From the NCBI GenBank assembly GCA_010909165.1, contig VJWM01000011.1:1550001-1614000 (forward strand): a stretch of 64,000 bases of DNA, read 5' to 3'. Within the stretch, counting starts at the first letter, position 1; the number at the start of each line of letters is the position of its first letter. Both the position numbers and the translations under genes were made by a program. Below the pieces are notes generated by a model that saw nothing but the letters and a program-made list of their open reading frames with translations, was not told the DNA's origin and made no database searches. Origin of the DNA: Anthoceros angustus. Lineage: Eukaryota; Plantae; Anthocerotophyta. Below, piece after piece: positions 24,089 through 37,800 of this stretch.

Positions 24089-24479
24089 CAGAATAATGTC
24101 AGAAAATGTTTGTCAGCATCAATCCAGTGAACTTGCCGGCAGCAGTAGGTGCGAACATGTTTCAAACTGTGCACACAAAAATGCATGTTTTCACAAGATG
24201 GCAAAGATCTGGCTAAAGACTCAAAGAACGAGAGTCTTCTACCAGACGAACCCCTTACCTTTGCTTTCGTCAACCCAACTATGCAATAGTTTCCCCAGCC
24301 GGCAGCCCAACCCTCCAGACACGTTGTTCGAAATGACAGCCATGAATTATTGGAACGGGACGTACTTACCAGGTGTCGCCTTCTTGCGTGACCTTTGGCT
24401 GCAGCTCGAAATCCTGGAGGGGAAGGAGCGAAGGTTAGAAAGTGCATGACAAATTTTACATCCGCATTTACATGCATCC

Positions 24480-24735
24480 GCGTGGTTCGGAATGCCGCGA
24501 CTTAAAGGCGCGTGTTGCGGCTTGCCGCCACTCAACGTTGCGCGTTGCGGCATGCGGCCACTCAACGCCACGTGTCGCGGCATGCCGCGACTTGACGCCG
24601 CGTGTTGCGGCATGCCGCTTATCAACGCCACGTGTTGCGGCAAGCTGCGACTCAACGCCGCGACTTGCGGCATGCCACCACTAGACGCCGTATGTGCGGC
24701 ATGCCGCTTATCAACGCCACCACTCGACTAGACGC
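24480..24735. repeat. Tandem array of an approximately 30-bp unit with a palindromic core GCGGCATGCCGC
   Basis: About 8 units of consensus GCGTGTTGCGGCATGCCGCGACTCAACGCC. Confidence 0.85.
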
Positions 24736-24899
24736 TGACTCGACATATGGTTAACTCAAACTGCGTACAACAAAAAGCTTTCAGTCTTATCATACCTTGA
24801 CGACAGCCGCTTGGTGGCGCTCAAACACTCTGCACAGCTCGGGGCATCAGCGGAGATGGATCAAAACAGCGACATCTTGGCGGATATGGAAATGAGTTC

Positions 24900-26600
24900 A
24901 ACATGTAGGCGCAGCGACGTTTGCTCCTAGAGTTTCCCCAAGAAAAGAACATGTGCAGCGTGAGAACCGCGAACCAAGGTGATGTTGCGAAACTATCACA
25001 GGAAGCGTCTTTGAAGGCGATGGAGACCTGCAGTGATGATCAGAAACAAAAGACGAGTGAGAAACGAGACAGAACCTGTTCAACTTGGTCGCCTTCACCC
25101 AATCTTCTCAAAACAAGGTTTCGAAGCCTTCTCACCTGTCGCGGCTAGGACTCTCCCGCTAAAGGACCTTCAGCTAGACTTGGGCAGTGAAGGCGTGGTG
25201 CGGAGGAGGATCTCTGATGGTGAAGACAGCGCCACTCTGAAGAGAACCCTCCTAGAGACGCCAAGAAGACGACTTAAGCTGCTGGCGGCGTAGCGCTGAA
25301 CGTTGTTGAGCGGACCCTACAGCCAGACTCCAGAGCCGATCGCAATCGACGCCAAGAAGGCGGCAAGGCTGGCGGCGGCGGCGGCGAACGTTGTTGGCGG
25401 ACCCTACGAGACTCGAGCCGATCGCAATCGCGATCAGCGACGAAACTGCCGGAATGGTGGCGATAGCGGCTTCTAGGGTGCAGCTGTTTATGTACTGAGG
25501 TGTTAGGGTTCTAGATGGTTCGCGGCTGGTGTGTACGTGGCAGGCTGTGATTCGGTGGCAGGTTTGGGTTACGCTCCGCCGCTTTGGGGTTTGGAGATTA
25601 GGTTTGGTCGAGGCAGTCTAGGTATGGTGAAGGTCGGCTAGGTTTGGAACAAGAAACCTAGGTTTGGGTGAGGGGGCGGCGGCGGCTAACCAATCGCGAA
25701 CCTAGATATGTTCGGACCACGGCTCGGGATTTTAGGTTCGGAATTTTCAAATGTGGTTCGGTAGAGAGAGAATGTAGGCGCAATGCAGCCGCTTGCTCCT
25801 AGAGTTTCCCCAAGAAAAGAACATGTGCAGCGTGAGAACCGCGAACCAAGGTGATGTTCTGCCGAAACTATCCCGGAAGCGTGCTGAAGACGATGGAGAC
25901 CTGCAGTGATGATCAGAAACAAAAGACGAGTGAGAAACGAGACAGAACCTGTTCAACTTGGTCGCCTTCACCCAATCTTCTCAAAACAAGGTTTCGAAGC
26001 CTTCTCACCTGTCGCGGCTAGGACTCTCCCGCTAAAGGACCTTCAGCTAGACTTGGGCAGTGAAGGCGTGGAGGAGGATCTCTGATGGTGAAGACAGCGC
26101 CACTCTGAAGAGAACCCTCCTAGAGACGCCAAGAAGACGATAAGCGGGCGGCGAAGCAACGCTGTTGAGCGGACCCTACGACGAGCCGATCGCAATCGCC
26201 AAGAAGACGACGAAGCCGGGCGGCATCAACGTTGTTGAGCGGACCCTAGACCAGAGCCGATCGCAATCGCGATCGAAAACGGACTGAGCCTGCCGGAATG
26301 GTGGGCGGTAACGCGCGGCTCCTAGGGTGCAGCTGTTTATGTACTCAGGTGTTAGGGTTCTAGATGGTTCGCGGCCGGTGTACGTGGTGCGTGATTCGCG
26401 GGGTTTACGCTCGCCGCTTTGGGGTTTGTAGATTAGGTTTGGATGGTGAAGGTTGGCTAGGTTTGGGACCAGAAACCTAGGTTTGGGTGAGGCGGCGGCG
26501 GCGGCTAATCAATCGCGAACCTAGATATGTTCGGACTACGGCTCGGGATTTTAGGTTCGGAAAATTCAAATGTGGTTCGGTAGAGAGAGAATGTAGGCGC
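24900..26600. repeat. Tandem duplication of an approximately 850-bp unit
   Basis: 24902-25775 recurs at 25772-26600; differences are mostly small indels. Confidence 0.85.
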
Positions 26601-26633
26601 CGACAGAGCGAGAACGGCTAGGGTTTGCGGGCC

Positions 26634-26640
26634 TATATAA
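26634..26640 (+). promoter_or_regulatory. Candidate TATA box (CCTATATAAG context)
   Basis: Lies at the switch from GC-rich sequence to a long T-rich leader/intron-like region upstream of the degenerate gene at 29.6-33.3 kb. Position-based inference only. Confidence 0.35.
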
Positions 26641-26713
26641 GCAGCTTGTTTTGAAGTTAGTCATTCTTGCTGCTGTGTTTCGTAGGCTGTAGTTGCGCTC
26701 CTCTTCCGGATGG

Positions 26714-27490
26714 GGAGCGTGTGTGTGCATGTTTGCTTTTCGAAGTTTTAGGTCCTACGCCCGGCTCCGAAGGCCAAGTTTTGATCTGTCTTGTGGTCAA
26801 GGTGCTGCGCTCTGCTTTATAGGTTTGTTCGTCTCACGTTCAGGGCTTTTATGCCGTTTGGATGGAAGGCCCTTGTGTTGTCTTTTTCGTAGGCCAAGGT
26901 TCATTTTGCTTTAGGTTTAGACCTTCTCCAGTCGTTTTTCGAAGGCCGAGGTCTTTTTCTCTGTTTCGATGTCCACTGTTTTGGAGCGTGTGTGTGCATG
27001 TTTGCTTTTCGAAGTTTTAGGTCCTACGCCCGGCTCCGAAGGCCAAGTTTTGATCTGTCTTGTGGTCAAGGTGCTGCGCTCTGCTTTATAGGTTTGTTCG
27101 TCTCACGTTCAGGGCTTTTATGCCGTTTGGATGGAAGGCCCTTGTGTTGTCTTTTTCGTAGGCCAAGGTTCATTTTGCTTTAGGTTTAGACCTTCTCCGA
27201 TCGTTTTCAAGGCCGAGGTCTTTTCTCTGTTCGATGTCCACGTTTGGAGCGTGTGTGCATGTTTGCTTTTTTAGGTCCTACGCTCGCCCGGCCAAGTTTT
27301 GATCATCTTGTGGTCAAGGTCGCGCCCGCTTTATAGGTTTGTTCGTCACGTGTGGCTTTTATGCCGTTTGGATGGAAGGCCCTTGTGTTGTCTTTTTCGT
27401 AGGCCAAGGTTCATTTTGCTTTAGGTTTAGACCTTCTCCAGTCGTTTTTCGAAGGCCGAGGTCTTTTTCTCTGTTTCGATGTCCACTGTC
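26714..27490. repeat. Triplicated unit of about 270 bp
   Basis: GGAGCGTGTG...GATGTCCAC starts near 26714, 26984 and 27246. Confidence 0.85.
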
Positions 27491-29599
27491 GTTTGGTATT
27501 TTCGCTCTGAATGCTCCGATCCGAAGGCCAAGGGTTTGTGATTAAAGCCATGGTGTTCTGTGTTTCAAACGTGTGGTAGTCTGAACGTCGACGTGGTGTT
27601 CGGTACCGAAGGCCAAGGGCGAAATTAGATCGAAGGTTGTTTTTGCTTTCTGCAGGCTCGGGCTTCGTCTTAGCGCATTCTTCTATAGATTCAGTCTAGT
27701 TTCTTGTACTACTCCAGGCTATTACTGTCTTGTCTTTTGGTAGCTGATCATTCTGTTTAGCAGTGGCTTGACTTTGTTGTTGTGATTCTAGCTCTTACGG
27801 TCTGTTTGACCCGTTCTTGCAGATTTCTTTCGTTCTGGTTTTTGGCTAACAACTTGTTAAGTGTTTGCTTCGCGTTGTCTTTACCTTTGGCTGTGTTTGT
27901 CTGTGGTTCACTTAACAGTGTTTTGGTCACTTCGTTTTGTTTATTTGGCTCGTCACGATCGCTGTGGATGTCTTATCCGGTGTTGTCGTTGCTTTCTTGA
28001 AAGATAATTTGCTGTTGTTTGCAACTGGCTTTGCTGTAAGCGTGTTTAAAAAGTCTGTCAAACATTTCAATAGCATTTCTCGTCCTTCATCTGAGTGCTT
28101 CTTAGCGATGCTTTGTGTATTGTGGTTGTCTACCCGTGGTTCTTAACACACTTTTTTACTGTTTGTGTTGAATGGTTTTGGTCCTTTGTTTTGCTCTGTT
28201 CGTACCTAGAATCAGATGTTTGTACTGCTCCTAGTTTGGTAATCTGATTGTCTATGTGTTTGTGCTTTAATCTTATGTCTGACTGTTGTTTTCACTGCTG
28301 CTTACGGATCCAGCTTTACTTAAGACTTAGTTTGTTTCCTATGTTGTTAACTGACACTGTGTTATCTATGTAGTCGTGCAGGGATATTAGGCGCTGGAAC
28401 TGTTGGTCAAATTATCTGCGAATCGGGTGCAACTGTCACGTACATGGATTGGGTTGGTGCAATCGGCATTCTATATCATGGTTTTGATTGTTGTAAGTGT
28501 TTTTGTCAGCCTATAACTGATGTCAGGTTTTGTGTCTCAGGCCTCAGGTCGAAGTCAGATGCCTAATTTTTAAAGGTCTACTCAGTTTCGGTTGTTGTGC
28601 AGTTCCAGTTCTAGTTGTTTTTAGTTTAAGAGTGGAGTTTTTCCTTTCAGTGTTTCCATCTATTATCCGTCTAACTGACGTTAATTTGTTTTCTCAGGCA
28701 GTAGTCTATGTGGTATTGTATTCTTCCGAGAGCACATTGTGGTGAACGTGACAAATTTTTCCAACTTGTCTTGTCCGTTTCAAGTGTAAGTTGTGTTGTA
28801 CTTTGTTTGACATTTGTGTTTTATGTGTTGTTGTTTTGTTGTTATCAGGCTAAATATGTTAGGCATTGTTTCAAACAGCCTTCTGACCTTTGTTTCTCGT
28901 TCAGATTTGTTTTGACCGCTTTCAAGACTGTCCATTTGTTTTCTTAAGGTGTGTTTTACTGTGACTTAGCTGGAAGTGTATGTTTCATTGCATATTGTAA
29001 ACTTTAGGCAGTGTATTGTTTGTTTATCGTTTAAAGCAAGAAGTGTGTTGGTTATCATTTGCTAACATATTTCTTTTCAGGCCCACTGTTGTGTTTTGAA
29101 AGCGCCAACCCTAAGGTACTTGTATGTCAGTTGTCCTTAATGTGTTTTTTAGTGCAATATCTGCTTGTTTCAGTTTGATTAGTTGTTTCTGATATGATAC
29201 TATTCTTGTTTCTTGACGCAGGTGCTGTAAGGTCAAGTTTTAAAGGCCTAGATCAATTTATTTGGTCTGCAGGAAGAGGTTATTTATCATTTCTTGTTTT
29301 CTTTTTAGCTTGTTCTTGTTCGGGTAGTGTACTTTTTAAGCCTTCATTTCTTTCTCACTTGCCGGGAGGCCTTTCTTTTCGTGAAGCTTGTGGTTTGTTA
29401 AGAATGGAAGTATCTTCTTTCTAACATGAAGCGGGGACGTAAGAATGAAACAATGCATGGGGTCAAGGAGTGTTTTTGTCCCATTTCCCACAGCCCTTTG
29501 CTTTTCTTAGTTTCATTTATAATCAACTGGTAGACATTCCAGCAGGTTGTCATTTGGAAGTGGCAAACATCATGTGAGTATTAAGTGTCTGTGGCCCAT

Positions 29600-32500
29600 T
29601 GATCCTCCACGTTTACCTTCCATTTGTTTCTCTTTCGGATCACTCTAATCTTTATGTTTTTTGGATGGCTCCTAAAAGAAAACCCACGGGGCTCTTGGGC
29701 GGGAAGGAAACAGGGATCTCTGGCCGAAGTCATGGCCAAGCCATATACAAGACAGCGTGTCAAATCCGCGGTTCCGCATACTGCAACTCATCCGCTGCAG
29801 GATGATGGCAAAGTTGATGGTGTCTTGGTGCACAGTGAAGGAACTTACTTAGTTCCCAAAAAAGACTTGCCCAAACCGCCAAGGCGATTTTCATCCAAGA
29901 AGGACGCTCGACGTGCAGCTGAGTTTGTTCAGAAGAGGAGAAGGGTGGACACTCGACCTGTGGCTTTGGTTGAAGGTCCTCTTGCAGAGATTACTAACTA
30001 TGTCCCGATTAATGAGAGAGGGGTCCGGTTTGTGGGGAGAATGATTTCTTGATAGCGGATCCCATGGTTGTGAGTGCCGCCAAAGCACTGAGTCTAGAGA
30101 TTTGTGCGTCTGCCGTTGAGCATGCTTTACAGTGGGCGATTCCATTGTGGTTCCCGACCGAGTCATCCCGATCAAGAAGTGCTTGATATGTTTGAGAGGC
30201 TAAAGTGTGATGATCCCAAGATGACTTTGCCATGGGTATGGAGGAAATTGATGATGAAGCAATTTTCGAGAGCGGATTTGACCCAATAGTCCCGGAGGGA
30301 GGCGGAATGATGCTTAGTGGTGGGGAGGATAGGTCCAAAGCGGCGAATAAGCGGTGTCAAGTCGTCTTGGGGCCTTTATGAAAGTGAGTGGGGTCGGGGG
30401 ATGGGATATCTGTTGAGGATATCCTCACAAGGATCTAATCTTATTCGATATCCTTTTTCCATCAAGTTCGAATCAAGGACAATAGGAGATTTTCTCCGAA
30501 GCGTAAGTAGTGATGTTTTTTACTTGTTGATTTTGATAGTTCGACTTTCTTCACATGGTGATTTTTTGTTCTCTCTTGTGCGGTTGATGTCTTTCTTTCG
30601 TGGTTTTAACCGAATTTTAACAAGGAAGTGCATCTTGAACCAAAGCCGGCTTGGTTCGATGTTCCGTGATCAACATGTTTCATGGAATTTTCCATGGGGT
30701 CCAGCGGTTGGTTGCCATGAAAATCGCAAGGACCTTGGGATTGTGTCATGTCGAAAAGAGGTGAAGTTGATTTCGATGATGATGAGCGGATTCTTTCACG
30801 AGATCATCAATGCTCATTTGGGCGGGGGCTCAAAAAAGGTAATATTGTTGGTTTAGGGGTTGCACCTTGATTGTTCATGTATGGTCTTAAACCTGGAGGC
30901 CATGCCCTATTGTTTGCAGGTGTGCATATTTCTGCATGACCAGGTTTGGAGTTCGAGGTGGTGAAGAGTTACATAACCTGCTCATCAGGGACTTCTCGTT
31001 CTCAGCAGATTCAGGAGGACCTTTTGTTCAGTATGTTTTGGTTGTTTTAGGGTTCATTGTATCTTTGACATTGTTCATTGTATCTTTGATTTTGATGTAC
31101 TGTATTAAGCTTGCTTTTATTTGCAGGTATCACGAACGGCTTTCAAAAAATTACAAAGTGGACATGAAGAATTACCAGAGCGAGCATTTAGAAAAGGTCA
31201 AGATTTACTGAGGATGTTATCGAAACTTTTAGAGTCATTATTGAACACTCTCCCAAGTGGTCCGCGACAAAAATTTGTCAATTCGTGGTTTCGTTCAATT
31301 CAACGATTGATAACCCAAGATCAAATGTAAGTTTGTTGTTATTTGGGCTTAAGTTTTGTGGTTTGTATTTACTAAGCTTGTTTTTGGCTAGGCTTGGTAT
31401 GCAAAACTCCGTGTTTCAAAAAGGAATGTTGTCAAGGTTCATGAAGACCATGGTGAAGCGTGGGCGTTGGCTATTACACCAATAAGAGCTGCCGTGTAAC
31501 AATGATTACACGTTTGACGATGGCTCGGTGCCTTATCTTTGGGAGAAGTGTGGTAGCCATAAAAGCATCTGGATTCTCAAGGTAATATGTTTTGAAAGCT
31601 TGTGACATTTGAGTCCTTTGTATGTTCCTTCCCCGATGTCGATATGGTTTGCGATATGACCGTCCGGTCAAGCAAAGCAAGCAGCAGAGTCCTTGTTCGT
31701 GAGCGGCGATCCTATCGAGCTTTTGAACGAACTGAATCGGATGCGGGATGATTTAAGGGTGTTCTTCCGTCAAGCTGTCCTCAATGTGACTCGAAATTGT
31801 ATTTTCTAGTCAGCCTGAAGATCAGCACCCCTTGCGAGTGCAACAGGTTAACAATGTAAGTGTTTGAGATTTGTTGCAAGTTTTGTAGGACTTGTTTTGA
31901 TTAATTCTGTGTCCTGACTTGTTTTTGTGTGTTAGGTCTCTGCCACTCTGTTGTTCATCATGAAAGCGGACCTTTGAACAATGTCAAGACCGAATCGAGT
32001 TTTCTGCACCATGTGGTCCACTTTGTCACAAGTTCGGTTGGTATTGTCGTTCCTTGGTTGCGATCGCCATGTTGGATCTGTTTTAATCATCTTGGTCTCT
32101 GTTACAGGCGGTGGGAGGCGTGGTGTTTTGGTTGCAAACATACCTCCGCATGGCCAAGGCATCCGGATGGATAACGGCACCAACAATGGGTGTTCTAGTG
32201 AAATTCCATATGTTGACAAGGTTGATTCTTTGTCCTCAAGTTCGTTGGTATTGTCGTTCCTTGCGCCCGCCATGTTGGATCTGTTTTAATCATACCGGTC
32301 TGTTACGTGTGGAGATCGGGTGTTTTGGTTGCAAACATACCGAAAGCGCCAAGGCATCCGGATGGATAATCAACAACCAACAATGTGTTCTAGTGAAATT
32401 CCATATGTTGACAAGGTTGATTCTTTGTCTGCTTGTTTTGTTTTCACTTCTTTTGGAGTTTCGATTATGTTTATCTTGGCGGTTGTGAATCCTGCGACTA

Positions 32501-33300
32501 GTGGAAGCGACCTTCATCCCTCATTTCAACATTGATACATGAGGGAAGTGGATGCGTGGTCCCTCCGTTGGAGGGCATTGTGCATAGTGAGTGTGATCAT
32601 CATCCGGGTTAACCAGATGTAAATGTGTGGTAGCACCTCTGGATATTGTATTGCACTGTGATCGCAAATGGAAATGGAAGTGGCTTTGAGCGGCTTCGAG
32701 ATTGAGTCGGGTGGAGTATGATAGGCAAACATTGGAGTTTTCGGCAAAAGGATTTGGAGGCTCTTATAGAGACAGGCGTGCGGTTGAATTACGAGTCTCT
32801 AAGCAAGAGAGAAAGCCCTTGAGATTGAGGCGGAGAAATGTGGAGAGGAGACAAGAGCACATTAAGCATCAAGAGGCAAGCGGCGGATGGAGCGGCAAGA
32901 GGTTCAAGGCTGCGGTGGAAAAGAGAACAGAGCGTAAGAATGTGTCTCGAGATATTTGCAGCTATCTCGTGAAAATCCGTCGAGATTGGTAAGTTTTCTT
33001 ATGCTCTTTATTAATCAGCAGTACATTGAAAATCAATGGTTGTATTTTATTAGGTTGTCACCTTGCAGGAAGCGGACAATTTCGTCCAAGTCCTCAGCTT
33101 CATCAATTGGTTGCCAAGAATGATGCTGTACAACTGCCAATCAAGCCAAGTGGTCGTGAAAATTACGTTTTCAATCAGTATAATTGTACGATCAATTTCC
33201 TAAATAAGGTGAGTATCATTTCTTAAGTATTTGCTATGATTATTTCCAGTGTTTTCTAGTATCGCCTAATCACGGTTTGTGTCGCTGCTTGTTTTGTAGG
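29600..33300 (+). pseudogene. Unidentified degenerate multi-exon coding region, probably a transposon accessory gene
   Basis: Coding-like basic or charged ORF fragments (29624-30052, 31121-31330, 32702-32992) separated by T-rich GT-AG intron-like segments. No family motif recognised. Local duplication of about 210 bp at 32030-32430. Confidence 0.3.
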
Positions 33301-33711
33301 TTCCATTGTTGTTGAAGTAGAGTTCAATCTAGCGAGTTCAATCTATTTATTTACTCTTCATTAGTTGAATTTGTATTTCATGCCATTACGGATATAGAAA
33401 CTCGCAAAGAAAAGGTTTCTTTGTTGGTTTTTGTATATCCCGGATCCGCATGAATATTATTTAACAGAAAATGTTTTTGTCGATTAGCGATTTTGGTGGG
33501 ATTTCTAGAATGAGCTTCTAGACCCGGTGGTATTCACTTGGTCGTCATGTTTTCTACTCTAGTGCTCTATTTTCTACCTTGATGGTAGATGATTTTACCC
33601 CACTTGTATGGTTCTTGTTTTGTACCTTGATGGTAGATGATTTTCACTATAAGAATGAATTTTACTCTGGGTAAAATAATGACCAAAAGGTCAATTTTCT
33701 CTAAAAATTTA

Positions 33712-34330
33712 CACTACCCGAAAACCAGGCGCGGCCGAGGCCCCTGCAGGCGACTTTACGTAACCACGGACCGTAACCACATGGCAAGACAAGTACAATT
33801 AATATACAAGTGCCCATGTAACCACGGACCAGTAACCACATGACAAGTACACCAATGCAAGTGCCCATGTAACCACGGGACCGTAACCACATGGCAAGAC
33901 AAGTACACCATGCCACGACCACATAGCAAGAGAAGTACACCATGCCACACCATCAGAGCAGTGCAAGCCACGGAGCATATCACGACCACATGGCGGGAAA
34001 AGTGAATAACATAAGTGCCCATGTAACCATGGGAACATGCCAGACCACAAGGAAACAAGAGTGAGCCATGCACAAGTGCCCATGTAACCATGGGAACATG
34101 CCAGGGACCACAAGGAAACAAGAGTGAGCCATGCACAAGTGCCCATGTAACCATGGGAACATGCCAGACCACAAGGCAAGAAGAGTGAGCCATGCACAAG
34201 TGCCCATGTAACCGCGGAACATGCCAGACCAAGGCAAGAAGAGTGAGCCATGCACAAGTGCCCATGTAACCACGGGAACATGCGAGGATCACATGGCAAG
34301 AAAAGTGAACAACGTAAAGTGCACATGTAA
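33712..34330 (+). mobile_element. CACTA-like terminus (CACTACCCGAAAA) followed by subterminal repeats of about 58-60 bp
   Basis: CACTA at 33712, then repeated GTAACCAC...CAAGTGCCCATGTAACC units. The partner end was not found in the window. Confidence 0.55.
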
Positions 34331-34893
34331 CCAACTTGAAGGGAACATACTACATATAAAGCCACGTCCATACTTGTTCGCATCGCTTCTTGTTCAACCC
34401 TTGCACCGACATGCCTCCATCCCCACCACACGTGTATGGTCAAGGAAGTTGAATTCAAGATGAATTCATCACACCCTCGGTGCCAAATGGCGTGCACCTC
34501 TGTGAAGAGCCACAAAACCGTGCACATATACGCAGATGCATTTCATTGTTGGAAATTATCTACATGGTTCAAGGACACAACTTACCAGCTCTGCTCTATA
34601 AAGCTGTCAATATCTCTGCCTGAGCTGGAAAATGACCGTGTGCCCACGACCAACGGCATCTGCAATTTATACACTGCACCATGCATTATTGGATCATCAT
34701 TGGATACAAACAAGCTATCTTCATGGATCAAGGAAACAACGATAAGCGGGAATGACATGCCAACAACCTCCCGTCCAGACAACATTACTTGCACACTCCA
34801 CACCAAAACAACTTTACTTACCACTCCACATCAAAACAACCTAAGGATCCCTAACAAGATCATCACGATTACTCTCCTCCACAAGGGAGTCCA

Positions 34894-37800
34894 CTACTTG
34901 TCGAGCATCGATGATAGGACGTATAACAACTCGTCACCATCCTGTTCATGGTGGACCATGTCAAACTTGCATAGTTTGACTAACTCAGCTGGTTGAACAC
35001 TGTCTGCGTTCTCTAGAGGCAAGGTATAGACAGACCCAGGAATATTCTTCTGCAACATGTAATACTGACCAACCACCACAGCTTCACCAGCTTGATGTGT
35101 GACCTGGCTCCAAGGGCAGTATCGGCTTGTGCTAAGCGTGTGCTTCACCTCAGTGCACTGCAGAAGGTAGAATTCTTGGCCCTCATCTTCTTTATTGGCA
35201 AAAACCATGAAGTTGTCACCGACTTCCAAGAGGTCTGCCAAATCTGAGAGATCCACAGCTTCATCATCGGGGCGTCGGCAAGGAGAGCGTCCGGAGTAAA
35301 GGAATTGCTGTGGGGCTGCGGGTAATCCGAGGAGCGGACCATCGATGTGGTCTAATCTTAACTAAATTCCAAAAGCGCGTGAGGAACTCTCTCGCAAGCA
35401 TCATGGTTGCTTTCCATACACTCTGCACAAAAACAAGACAGGCTGCGCATTTTCGATTGCGATCGCCACACTAGCCCCATACAGCTATGCATCTTCTTGG
35501 ACCCGGTATGGGGTCACAAGCATATTTCACCCTCCGATTCACCTCATCCTTGCCAATAAGCCGTAAACTTCTATGCACTCCATGCTGCCCGGATGCATAA
35601 GAGCTTCGCAAGACGAAATGTGTTCTTGCAGTCTTGGACAACATCACCGCATTTTGCAACCTCCCCGTGGGAGAGGACTCGCACTCTAAGGGCTCTCTTC
35701 AAAATAGCACCGCACCATCATGCTCTCCCTTGCCATGGCCACTCCCAAAGTATGACCACACATGTTGCGCCCACCATCAAGCTAGGGTACACGGAGATGA
35801 AGTATGAAGGTCGACATGCCTTGAATTGACTTGTCGCTCCATCCGACCAGCACCAATGCTCCCGAGGTCTTGGGAACCCCGAATCCAACATCCACCACGT
35901 GCTTCATCAAAACAAAGGTTGAACGAAGAGCGTGTCATGCACAAGGTCGTCACCGATGTAGAAGTGGTAGTATTCAATGTTTGCAGGGTTGTCGCATCTA
36001 GGGGCCATTGCGCTAGAAAACCGAGCGAGGATGGAAACACGGTCATTCCGCCAATGCATGGATTTGGATTTCATCTTGGACTCCAAATGCGTAATTCGAA
36101 AAATCCATAACCGAGACAACCACATCGATGGAAACCACTCTAGGCAATGCCGAACTCCAACCCCGCCATCAACAAAGTCATGGAGAATGAAATCCTTCAA
36201 CTTGCCCTTGAAGAACTCAACAAATTCTGTGGATGTGTCTCCATGAAGACAAGTTTGATCCGTTTCTTATCCCGCCCATCCACATCCTTGCCCACAACTT
36301 GGTATTGGAAGCATCTCCATTTTAGAAGAGCATTAGGTGAACATTTATAGAAGTCTCCGGTAGACGAACTTAAGCTTATTCACCCCACATAGGACACAAA
36401 TTGCGGACATGCGAGCATGCCAATCTGCATCACCGCATTTTGCAACCTCCTGCCGTGGGAGAGGACTCGCACTCTAAGGGCTCTCTCAAAATAGCACCTG
36501 CACCATCATGCTCCCTTGCCATGGCCACTCCCAAAGTATGACCAAAGATGTTGCACTGTCAAGCTAGGGTACCGGAGATGAAGTATGAAGGTCGACATGC
36601 CTTGAATTGACTTGTCGCTCCATCGACCAGCACCAATGCTCCCGAGGTCTTGGGAACCCCGAATCCAACATCCACCACCAATGCTTCATCAAAGGTGTTG
36701 AACGAAGAGCGTGTCATGCACAAGGTCGTCACCGATGTAGAAGTGGTAGTATTCGAATGTTTGCGCAGGTTGTCGCATCTAGGGGCCATTGCTACCTGTA
36801 GAAAACCGAGCGAGGATGGAAACGGTCATTCCGCCAATGCATGGACTGGATTTCATCTTGGACTCCAAATGCGACTGAGAAAATCCATAACCGAGACAAC
36901 CACATCGATGGAAACCACTCTAGGCAATGCCGAACTCCAACCCCGCCATCACGAACAAAGTCATGGAGAATGAAATCCTTCAACTTGCCCTTGAAGAACT
37001 CAACAAATTCTACTGGATGTGTCTCCATGAAGACAAGTTTGATCCGTTTCTTATCCCGCCCATCCACATCCTTGCCCACAACTTGGTATTGGAAGCATCT
37101 CCATTTTAGAAGAGCATTAGGTGAACATTTATAGAAGTCTCCGGTAGACGAACTTAAGCTTATTCACCCCACATAGGACACAAATTGCGGACATGCGAGC
37201 ATGCTAATCGCATCACCGCATTTTGCAACCTCCTGCCGTGGGAGAGGACTCGCACTCTAAGGGCTCTCTCAAAATAGCACCTGCACCATCATGCTCCCTT
37301 GCCATGGCCACTCCCAAAGTATGACCACAGCATGTTGCAACCACCTGTCAAGCTAGGGTACCTGGAGATGAAGTATGAAGGTCGACATGCCTTGAATTGA
37401 CTTGCTGCTCCATCTGACCAGCACCAATGCTCCTGAGGTCTTGGGAACCCTGAATCCAACATCCACTGCCAATGCTTCATCAAACAGTGTTGAACGAAGA
37501 GCGTGTCATGCACGAGGTCGTCACTGATGTAGAAGTGGTAGTATTTCTGAATGTTTGCAGCAGGGTTGTCAGCATCTAGGGGCCCATTGCGCCTGTAGAA
37601 AACCAGAACGAGGATGGAAACCTGGTCATTCTGCCAATGCATGGACTAGATTTCATCTTGGACTCCAAATGCGACTGAGAAAATCCATAACCGAGACAAC
37701 CACATCGATGGAAACCACTCTAGGCAATGCCGAACTCCAACCCCGCCATCACGAACAAAGTCATGGAGAATGAAATCCTTCAACTTGCCCTTGAAGAACT

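Noticed and set aside
29319-29331. Partner terminus of the CACTA-like end at 33712 (TTCGGGTAGTGTA)
   Set aside because: The orientation points away from the 33712 end, there are no subterminal repeats beside it and no matching 3-bp TSD; it may be chance or a relic.
33756-34527. Long Cys/His/Trp-rich ORFs
   Set aside because: Translations of the subterminal repeat array.
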